Source: a virus (Duplodnaviria > Caudoviricetes). From it: a stretch of DNA of 40,933 nt. Below the pieces are notes generated by a model, which saw only the letters and a program-made list of their open reading frames with translations, had not been told where the DNA came from and searched no databases. This document shows positions 16,790 through 22,936 of the stretch, one piece after another. The stretch spans positions 1 to 40,933 of IMG/VR virus record IMGVR_UViG_3300005805_000173. One strand, 5' to 3'. Each line of letters opens with the position of its first letter. Positions within the stretch are counted from its first letter, which is position 1. The position numbers and the translations under genes were made by a program.

Positions 16790-18106
16790 TTAGATTTTCT
16801 CCCCAGCCGCAAATCCGCGCCAGCGTTCAAACCGCGGAAACCGCATGCTATAGCTTCCGTCCTGATTCTGCGTGACAGCGTCAGCTTTGACTTCCACAAC
16901 CTGTCCAATCACCTGGCTTCGGGCCGCCCAAATTTGATCGCGATCAGCGTCAGTAAAACCAGAGCCAGTGTTAACACAAATTGTCTTTCCGTCATGCTCT
17001 CCTTCACAAACCAATGCACCCAACCGTCCTGCGTTCTTGCCGGTACCCTCTTCCACAGCCACCACAGTGAGGTCCACAGTGATAAACGGTTTGAGCTTGA
17101 GCCAATGGGTGCTACGCTTGCACTCATAGCCAGCGTCCACGTCCTTCAACATGATTCCTTCGTACCCGCCATCAATGGCTTGACGATTGATTGAATTGAA
17201 CTGCTGACGACCCACTTCAGTGTCCAGGTCCACAGTACACCCATCCAGGATCTTGACGTTGGGCAGCACAGATTCAAACTCTGCATACCAAGCCTTCAAT
17301 ACCTGGCTTCTGACCTGCTGCGGAGTGTCTGAACGACCTGCACGAAACTCCTCCAAGCTCAGGTTGTCGAACAGGTACAGCACTGCATCCTGGCTCTGCA
17401 CATTGCTCTTGCGATGCACCTGCCGCATCAGATCCTGGAAGCTGGCGCTCATCACTTCACCATCAAATACCCAAGCATGTTCCATGCTCTGGGCCATCTG
17501 CTGCATCTGCGTTACAATGTGGGGGAAGTTCTGAAGCTCTTTACCATTGCGAGTAAACATGTTCACTCTGCCGTCTGGATACACAATGGTAATCACCCGG
17601 ACACCATCCAGCTTGACTTCCAGTTGCTTGCGGCCTCGCACCTTGCCCTCGTGATTCAGGCTGTCGTGGGCCAGCTGGCATTCAAACACCGGAATGGCAT
17701 ACAAGGGGCGATTGGTCTTCTTGACCACCGTGTTCACTGTCTTTTCGGTGACGCCGCAACGCAGGTCACGGATCAGGATACGCCGATACCAGCAGTTCCA
17801 TTGTTCCTGGGTGGCCTGCATCATCAGCTGATTCACAGCATCGCGAGCAGCATTGCCCGTGAGCTTGCGATTAGTCAGCTGCTGAACCACATTGCTGAAA
17901 GCAGTCCAGCTCAGCCCAACACCATCAGTACCAGCATGCTCCGGCACCTGCTTGATGCCAAAAGTTTCAAAATTGTCCAGCGCCATGCGCAACCCGGCAA
18001 ACAGTTCACCATTGCCAGCACGGGATTCAGCAGCAATCACGCCTTCTTTGAACAAGCGGCTATTGTTGCTTTCCAGCTTCTGTATCACGCTCCACGGTGT
18101 GTTCAT
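16790..18106 (-). CDS. ATP-dependent DNA ligase
   Basis: Adenylation motif EVKLDGVR, FDGEV, EGIMLK, WLKLKP, OB-fold GSGFTD, RFPRF. Confidence 0.95.
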   Translation of the reverse strand: MNTPWSVIQKLESNNSRLFKEGVIAAESRAGNGELFAGLRMALDNFETFGIKQVPEHAGTDGVGLSWTAFSNVVQQLTNRKLTGNAARDAVNQLMMQATQEQWNCWYRRILIRDLRCGVTEKTVNTVVKKTNRPLYAIPVFECQLAHDSLNHEGKVRGRKQLEVKLDGVRVITIVYPDGRVNMFTRNGKELQNFPHIVTQMQQMAQSMEHAWVFDGEVMSASFQDLMRQVHRKSNVQSQDAVLYLFDNLSLEEFRAGRSDTPQQVRSQVLKAWYAEFESVLPNVKILDGCTVDLDTEVGRQQFNSINRQAIDGGYEGIMLKDVDAGYECKRSTHWLKLKPFITVDLTVVAVEEGTGKNAGRLGALVCEGEHDGKTICVNTGSGFTDADRDQIWAARSQVIGQVVEVKADAVTQNQDGSYSMRFPRFERWRGFAAGEKI

Positions 18107-18112
18107 ATTCTT

Positions 18113-18141
18113 AGTATAGCATTGTGCTGTTGGGATGTCAA
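18113..18141 (-). promoter_or_regulatory. sigma70 promoter, leaderless ligase mRNA
   Basis: TTGACA-17 nt-TATACT with TGc extension; ATG 6 nt downstream. Confidence 0.8.
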
Positions 18142-18157
18142 CCTCTGAGGGAAACTT

Positions 18158-18367
18158 TCAACACCATCTCAACATGAACATGGTCAGATCCTGCTCACGT
18201 TGGAAGCATAGATTGCATTGATTGTCAAGTGCCCACGAATCGTAACCAAACTGCTCATTACACCAAAACAGTGCATTTTGATCAATGGGAACTCTGACTT
18301 CGCGGCCAGTGGCGTCAACACCAAGTCTGTTGTGTCGGACAGAAACTTTGAATGGATAAGGGTCCAT
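18158..18367 (-). CDS. FxLRW-family small protein
   Basis: WCNEQFG..W...CFQREQDLTMFMLRWC. Confidence 0.8.
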   Translation of the reverse strand: MDPYPFKVSVRHNRLGVDATGREVRVPIDQNALFWCNEQFGYDSWALDNQCNLCFQREQDLTMFMLRWC

Positions 18368-18374
18368 ATGTGTT

Positions 18375-18404
18375 ATTATAGCACTCTGAATTGAGCGTTG
18401 TCAA
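18375..18404 (-). promoter_or_regulatory. sigma70 promoter, leaderless
   Basis: TTGACA-18 nt-TATAAT with TGc extension; ATG 7 nt downstream. Confidence 0.8.
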
Positions 18405-18721
18405 GTCTTCAACGTGAGCCAAACCATGTGTTTTTCCAGCTGAGCAACCACTTGATCCATGGTTGGGTTGTCAGGAACGAAGTAGGCTTGATTGAATTTT
18501 TTGCGTCTTTCTGCCCGAAAACGGTACGGATTCATCCATCCTCGAATTTGATGCTGAACAGATCCGCCCACAGTGCCCCACAGGATTATAGAACCTGTGT
18601 TAGACATGCTTCCGAAGATTATGTCTTTCTCAAAAATGTTGGCTTGAGCCCAAAACAGCAGTTTTTCTTTTGAGCCTTGCCGAGATGGCCGAACTAAAAT
18701 GCTGTAATAATCCACTTGCAT
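18401..18721 (-). CDS. hypothetical protein (possibly WGR-like)
   Basis: 106 aa; IILWGTVGG...KKFNQAY loosely resembles WGR domains; SD GGAG. Confidence 0.5.
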   Translation of the reverse strand: MQVDYYSILVRPSRQGSKEKLLFWAQANIFEKDIIFGSMSNTGSIILWGTVGGSVQHQIRGWMNPYRFRAERRKKFNQAYFVPDNPTMDQVVAQLEKHMVWLTLKT

Positions 18722-18760
18722 GATGCTAGCTCCACATCAATATAAACATCACGGTATTTT

Positions 18761-18994
18761 TCAATAAACATCCATATCCTCTTCTTCTGTACAGTCGCCC
18801 CACCTCAACTTGAAAAATATCAGGTCTTGTTTGTCTCTGAAGAAAACGTCGGGCCATCCCCAATTCCAGCGTTCTCGGTCAGTGTCATCAAAATTGGCTT
18901 TACACCAGTGGATAATTTCAAACCACTGATCAAACTCAAAGGCGTTGCAAACGGCTTTGTACCGATACCGTATATAACCATTAGGAATTTCCAT
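18761..18994 (-). CDS. FxLRW-family small protein
   Basis: WCKANF..RWNWGWPDVFFRDKQDLIFFKLRW + acidic tail; start MEIPNG at 18994. Confidence 0.8.
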   Translation of the reverse strand: MEIPNGYIRYRYKAVCNAFEFDQWFEIIHWCKANFDDTDRERWNWGWPDVFFRDKQDLIFFKLRWGDCTEEEDMDVY

Positions 18995-19214
18995 AGTCAA
19001 TCCACTTCAATTGAAACCACATCAGATCTTGTTCGTCTCTGAAAAGAAAATTGGGCCACGACCAAGCCCAACGTTGCCATTCTTCACCATATGTTTGAAC
19101 GGCCCAGACATTCATTTCTTTCCATTGATCAAAGTCGGCGTCGGCACACCTGAATTTATATTGATAAGATATATATCCCGCTGGTGTTTCTACTTTGAAC
19201 CTTTTCTTTGCCAT
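18981..19214 (-). CDS. FxLRW-family small protein
   Basis: RWAWSWPNFLFRDEQDLMWFQLKW. Confidence 0.8.
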   Translation of the reverse strand: MAKKRFKVETPAGYISYQYKFRCADADFDQWKEMNVWAVQTYGEEWQRWAWSWPNFLFRDEQDLMWFQLKWIDYGNS

Positions 19215-19215
19215 G

Positions 19216-19437
19216 CTAAGACCACCTCAATTGAAAAAACAGTAGGTCTTGTTCATTATTGAAATAAATTTCAAGCCATCCTTTAGCCCATCGTGCTCTG
19301 TCATCGCCAAAATTATCGTTGCACCAACGAACTATGTCAAACCATTGGTTCATGTCAACATTGCTTTTGTTGACGCGATGAGAATAGGTCCGGTATCCTT
19401 CTGGCGTATGAATTTTAAACCGTGTTTTAGGTGTCAT
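19216..19437 (-). CDS. FxLRW-family small protein
   Basis: WCNDNFG..RW...YFNNEQDLLFFQLRWS. Confidence 0.8.
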   Translation of the reverse strand: MTPKTRFKIHTPEGYRTYSHRVNKSNVDMNQWFDIVRWCNDNFGDDRARWAKGWLEIYFNNEQDLLFFQLRWS

Positions 19438-19624
19438 GCTCAGACCACTTCAATTGAAACCACATCAGATCTTGTTCATGAACGAATACCAGCAATGGAT
19501 AATCCCAGCCCCAGCGGCGGCCCACTTTTTCAGAACCAAAATGCTCTCTGCACCAGTCAATCATTTCAACAAAATCATCCATTTTACAGCCAGAGTGAAC
19601 AGAAATGTAATACTGTTCTATCAT
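19427..19624 (-). CDS. FxLRW-family small protein
   Basis: WCREHFG..RWGWDYP..FVHEQDLMWFQLKW. Confidence 0.8.
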   Translation of the reverse strand: MIEQYYISVHSGCKMDDFVEMIDWCREHFGSEKVGRRWGWDYPLLVFVHEQDLMWFQLKWSEHDT

Positions 19625-19625
19625 A

Positions 19626-19838
19626 TCACTGCCACCTCAACACAAAAAACACAGCATCCTCAGAATGCTTGAACAGAAATCCTCTGATAACAAAACACCA
19701 AGTGTTCTGGGCATATTGATGATCGCACCAATTTGCCATGGACATAGCCAAGTCTTCATCAAACATAGATTGGTAGTCCAACTTGACAAAGTAGGGATAT
19801 TCAGGATGAAAATCAGGATTTGATGCCTCAAGTACCAT
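19626..19838 (-). CDS. FxLRW-family small protein
   Basis: YPY...WCDHQY...FLFKHSEDAVFFVLRWQ; start MVLEAS at 19838. Confidence 0.8.
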   Translation of the reverse strand: MVLEASNPDFHPEYPYFVKLDYQSMFDEDLAMSMANWCDHQYAQNTWCFVIRGFLFKHSEDAVFFVLRWQ

Positions 19839-20037
19839 ACTCTTCCCAGAACAAAACAAAAAATGTAACGTGTTCGGCTAGTTTGAAACGAACGCCTTCG
19901 GGATCCCAGTACCAATTGTGAACACCAAACTGCTCATCGCACCAGGAAAACATTGCAACCCGCGTCTCCCAGCCAGATTTATATCGCTTGCTAACAGCCA
20001 GATATGGATAAGTTTTTAGAACTTGCTCGGAAGCCAC
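19828..20037 (-). CDS. FxLRW-family small protein
   Basis: YPY...WCDEQFGVHNWYW...RFKLAEHVTFFVLFW; GTG start overlapping upstream TAG. Confidence 0.75.
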   Translation of the reverse strand: MASEQVLKTYPYLAVSKRYKSGWETRVAMFSWCDEQFGVHNWYWDPEGVRFKLAEHVTFFVLFWEEYGT

Positions 20038-20198
20038 TAGAGCCACCTCAATCGGAACATGGTAGCGTCGGCTTCTGATTCAAACCAAACCGTTTCATGA
20101 TAAGGATTCAGTGACCAGCGTCCAGTAGCGAACTGTTTACACCAATCATTCATTTCTACATAAACTCTAAACGGTGCTAGCGGCAGATTCATTTTCAT
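20037..20198 (-). CDS. FxLRW-family small protein (53 aa, not in ORF track)
   Basis: Hand-translated MKMNLPLAPFRVYVEMNDWCKQFATGRWSLNPYHETVWFESEADATMFRLRWL. Confidence 0.8.
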   Translation of the reverse strand: MKMNLPLAPFRVYVEMNDWCKQFATGRWSLNPYHETVWFESEADATMFRLRWL

Positions 20199-20199
20199 A

Positions 20200-20382
20200 C
20201 TATTGCCACCTCAACATAAACAGTATAGCATCTTTTTCGTGTCTGAAACGAATTGATTCAGCGCCGTATAACCAATTGTCAGTGTTTTCGAAAGTTTCCA
20301 CACACCAATCGTATCGTTTGGCTCGCTCGTTCCATGAACTTGCGCCGGTAGGAAGTTCTACTTTGTAAGGGAAAGTGAACAT
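20200..20382 (-). CDS. FxLRW-family small protein
   Basis: RYDWCVETFENTDNWLYGA..RFRHEKDAILFMLRWQ. Confidence 0.8.
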   Translation of the reverse strand: MFTFPYKVELPTGASSWNERAKRYDWCVETFENTDNWLYGAESIRFRHEKDAILFMLRWQ

Positions 20383-20565
20383 TTATAACCACCTCAGCGA
20401 GTACAGCACTGCGTCTTTTTCATGTTTGAAATAAAAACAAGTGGCGCCGTACATCCAATTGTCAAAATTCCCAAACGTTGCCACACACCAGTCATATCTT
20501 TTAGACCAGCTTTCAGTCAGTGGAACACTCACATGATATGGATATTTTTCGGCTAAACTGGGCAT
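20383..20565 (-). CDS. FxLRW-family small protein
   Basis: RYDWCVATFGNFDNWMYGA..YFKHEKDAVLYSLRWL; close paralog of neighbour 20200-20382. Confidence 0.8.
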   Translation of the reverse strand: MPSLAEKYPYHVSVPLTESWSKRYDWCVATFGNFDNWMYGATCFYFKHEKDAVLYSLRWL

Positions 20566-20566
20566 A

Positions 20567-20791
20567 CTAGGACCACCTTAGATGGAACAGCACAGCATCT
20601 TGCTCAGAGGTAAACCAAAATTGATCCACATTTGGTTCTACTCGACAGTTCACACTCGAGTACCATTTGTCTTTAAGGGTTTGCTTACACCAATTTTCCA
20701 CTTCTTCGAGTTTAGAACAAAGGAGAAGTTTGTCAAACTGAACATTAAATTCATACGGAGGAAATTTGTTGTATGCTTTTAGCACTAACAT
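20567..20791 (-). CDS. FxLRW-family small protein
   Basis: WCKQTL..KW...FWFTSEQDAVLFHLRWS; ATG overlaps upstream TGA. Confidence 0.8.
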   Translation of the reverse strand: MLVLKAYNKFPPYEFNVQFDKLLLCSKLEEVENWCKQTLKDKWYSSVNCRVEPNVDQFWFTSEQDAVLFHLRWS

Positions 20792-20970
20792 CAGGACCAC
20801 CTTAGCCCAAACATCATTGCATCTGTCTCCGATTCAAATCTGAAAACATGACAGCCACCGACCACAGCACACCCAAACAAATCTATTGCGTTTTGTTCAC
20901 ACCAGTCCAGAATTTCATCAGCTTCGGTCAATGCCAACGAACGCCCCATATTGATTTTGTGTGGATACAT
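20791..20970 (-). CDS. FxLRW-family small protein (59 aa, not in ORF track)
   Basis: Hand-translated MYPHKINMGRSLALTEADEILDWCEQNAIDLFGCAVVGGCHVFRFESETDAMMFGLRWS. Confidence 0.8.
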   Translation of the reverse strand: MYPHKINMGRSLALTEADEILDWCEQNAIDLFGCAVVGGCHVFRFESETDAMMFGLRWS

Positions 20971-20971
20971 G

Positions 20972-21205
20972 CTAGCACCATCTCAGCTTGAACATTACGA
21001 GATCAGCTTCTTTCCTGAAGTAAATCTCCTTTGTGATTATCGCCATGGTCCAACTGCCGGGTTCCAGATGCTCGTCACACCATGCAGCCAAACGGTTGAA
21101 ATGCTCGATGTGTTCATGCACCAGGCTATTTCGATCAAATCGTATGCCCACGCTATAAGGATACTCTGCAGAGTGTACAGGTTTGAACGTAATGCATTCA
21201 GGCAT
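20972..21205 (-). CDS. FxLRW-family small protein
   Basis: YPY...WCDEHL..GSW...YFRKEADLVMFKLRWC. Confidence 0.8.
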   Translation of the reverse strand: MPECITFKPVHSAEYPYSVGIRFDRNSLVHEHIEHFNRLAAWCDEHLEPGSWTMAIITKEIYFRKEADLVMFKLRWC

Positions 21206-21214
21206 AGTGAACCT

Positions 21215-21697
21215 TTAGCGATAGAGTTCGTGCATAAACGCCCGACGTTCCTGTTCAGCTTCCTGCTCCGCATAGGCTGCCTTGTAAACACACCGGCAAG
21301 TGGGCAGTTCTTCACCGCAGCATTCGCAGTCTGCAAACCGCTTCTGTACCGGAGCAGGCTTGGCCGGCACTGCTTTGGCAGCAGCATCTTCCTCGATGAT
21401 CCGGAGAATCTGCCCGGCATACTTGCAGATAGCCGGCTGATCGCGCCAAGGACGCCACACCATTTTGAGCTGCTTTTCGCTCAGAGGCTTGTTGGGAAAT
21501 TTGATCACAAATTCCGCCAAGCGGCTGAACCAAAGAGCATCTGCAGGCTGGAAGCCACGCAGGTTGTGATTGCGAGTCTGGTGGGAAGCCTGTTCGTCCT
21601 GGGTTTGGCGCTGGTACAAACGCACCAGCGCACGACGCACCCAACGTTCGTCAGTAGCCAACTTGTGGCGGATGAAGTCTTCGGTGTAGCGTTCCAT
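21215..21697 (-). CDS. hypothetical phage protein with C-terminal Cys cluster
   Basis: Start MERYTEDF at 21697 just downstream of promoter; RALVRLYQRQTQDEQ..GF..DA motif; CECC..CRC. Confidence 0.7.
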   Translation of the reverse strand: MERYTEDFIRHKLATDERWVRRALVRLYQRQTQDEQASHQTRNHNLRGFQPADALWFSRLAEFVIKFPNKPLSEKQLKMVWRPWRDQPAICKYAGQILRIIEEDAAAKAVPAKPAPVQKRFADCECCGEELPTCRCVYKAAYAEQEAEQERRAFMHELYR

Positions 21698-21706
21698 TAC
21701 TCTTTT

Positions 21707-21735
21707 AGTATAGCAAATGGTGTGCAGGGTGTCAA
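21707..21735 (-). promoter_or_regulatory. sigma70 early promoter heading the FxLRW array operon
   Basis: TTGACA-17 nt-TATACT with TGc extension. Confidence 0.8.
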
Positions 21736-21752
21736 CCAAATTTTCGCAACTC

Positions 21753-21777
21753 TAAGTTGTTGGAAATCAATAACTTA
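21753..21777. promoter_or_regulatory. imperfect palindrome containing IHF consensus
   Basis: TAAGTTGTTG-gaaat-CAATAACTTA; AATCAATAACTTA matches WATCAANNNNTTR. Confidence 0.5.
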
Positions 21778-22017
21778 TTGTTTGATGCTGCGCCAGTTCT
21801 GTTCAGTGGCGATGGCGTAGGGACCATATTCCCACTGATCAGTGTTGCCCACAGCGTGACACCATTCGGTTTCTATTATACCCGTAAAACAGCGTGAGCC
21901 CCGGGTCCAGCCAGCATTGCGATTGCTGACTCGCATCCCGCGGCGGGCAGCTGATTGGGTCTGATACTCAGCAATTTTTTCAGCAGTGGTGCGGTGAAAC
22001 AATATCCAGTGTTGCAT
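21775..22017 (-). CDS. hypothetical early protein
   Basis: 80 aa ORF directly downstream of consensus promoter. Confidence 0.65.
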   Translation of the reverse strand: MQHWILFHRTTAEKIAEYQTQSAARRGMRVSNRNAGWTRGSRCFTGIIETEWCHAVGNTDQWEYGPYAIATEQNWRSIKQ

Positions 22018-22023
22018 AATCTG

Positions 22024-22052
22024 AGCATAGCAAACAACACAACAGGTGTCAA
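22024..22052 (-). promoter_or_regulatory. sigma70 promoter, leaderless
   Basis: TTGACA-17 nt-TATGCT with TGc extension; ATG 6 nt downstream. Confidence 0.75.
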
Positions 22053-22061
22053 ATTTAATTT

Positions 22062-22136
22062 TGGAGCCGGAGGAGGGATTTGAACCCTCAACCCCCTGAT
22101 TACAAATCAGGTGCTCTGCCGTTGAGCTACCCCGGC
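22062..22136 (-). tRNA. tRNA-Thr (UGU)
   Basis: GCCGGGGTAGCTCAACGGCAGAGCACCTGATTTGTAATCAGGGGGTTGAGGGTTCAAATCCCTCCTCCGGCTCCA: cloverleaf, anticodon stem CCTGA/TCAGG around TGT, GTTCAAATC T-loop, encoded CCA. Confidence 0.95.
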
Positions 22137-22142
22137 TAAACC

Positions 22143-22304
22143 CTACTTCTTTGTTTCCTGTATAAAGCCAATGATCACACTGGGGCCAAACATTCCACGC
22201 ACAATGTTTCTGGCTGCATTCACATCACTGGCTTGGACCACGATCTTCTGTAGAATCTGTCCAGGAATGGTGTAGCTGACTTCAAAGTTTCTGTAAATAG
22301 GCAT
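22143..22304 (-). CDS. hypothetical protein (53 aa, not in ORF track)
   Basis: Hand-translated MPIYRNFEVSYTIPGQILQKIVVQASDVNAARNIVRGMFGPSVIIGFIQETKK; promoter TTGATT-18-TATAAT at 22318-22347. Confidence 0.65.
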   Translation of the reverse strand: MPIYRNFEVSYTIPGQILQKIVVQASDVNAARNIVRGMFGPSVIIGFIQETKK

Positions 22305-22343
22305 CGGCTTTCTCTATATTATAGCAACAGTATTTATGTTGAA

Positions 22344-22889
22344 TCAAAATTTTCGGTAGAATTTGTGATGGCCAATCACTTTGACGGGCACCAAGCCTCG
22401 CCAGGCTGGGTCTATATAAGTGGCGTGAAAGTACAGAGCATTCTTGAGAAAATTCTGATGACGTTCCTGCGCCAGTACCTCTACTGCAATTTGCCAGCAT
22501 TCAGTGCATTCAGCAGCTGATATCAAGTGATAGCTACCACACGCCCAGCTAAACTGGCATACACCATTGTGCCGCTGCTGCACCACTGCACAAGCAGATC
22601 CAGCAAAACCCTGCTGTACTCTGTTCTGAATCACACGAGCCACAGCAATTTTGCCCAGTCTGGGTTCATGACCGCTTTCATACCAGATAGCGGTGCTCAT
22701 GCATCTGACTTCACGATAGTCCAAGCTGTGTATTGTATTGGTTTTGATGTTGTTTTCTGCGGTTGTTAATAGATCTTCAACACTTTGTTCAGGGACCACT
22801 GGATTTGCGCTAACTGCCTGAGTGTAGGCCATGATTGCCAGAACCAAAGCCAATGCCAACCAGGCATTAAACCAAATTTTCAAATTCAT
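22344..22889 (-). CDS. cell wall hydrolase, SleB/Hydrolase_2 family
   Basis: Signal/TM, AIWYESGHE, AVARVIQNRV, CQFSW, ALYFHA, IGHHKFY. Confidence 0.88.
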   Translation of the reverse strand: MNLKIWFNAWLALALVLAIMAYTQAVSANPVVPEQSVEDLLTTAENNIKTNTIHSLDYREVRCMSTAIWYESGHEPRLGKIAVARVIQNRVQQGFAGSACAVVQQRHNGVCQFSWACGSYHLISAAECTECWQIAVEVLAQERHQNFLKNALYFHATYIDPAWRGLVPVKVIGHHKFYRKF

Positions 22890-22936
22890 CGTATATCCTC
22901 TGGGATGTTGATACCAACAATATTTGCCAGATATTG

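Noticed and set aside
19002-19477. 33-bp repeat with internal palindrome as a CRISPR array
   Set aside because: Only two exact copies, 443 bp apart and both inside coding sequence; no spacer periodicity and no cas genes.
18761-21205. Integron cassette array
   Set aside because: Genes overlap or abut, leaving no room for attC hairpins; no integrase in the window.
20951-21820. Long plus-strand ORFs (e.g. 20951-21820, 17414-18148, 28693-29454, 2006-2704)
   Set aside because: Antisense shadows of well-supported minus-strand genes, with no recognisable motifs or RBS.
22062-22136. tRNA as prophage attachment site or host boundary
   Set aside because: Phage-type genes and promoters lie on both sides; no integrase or duplicated tRNA 3' end is visible.
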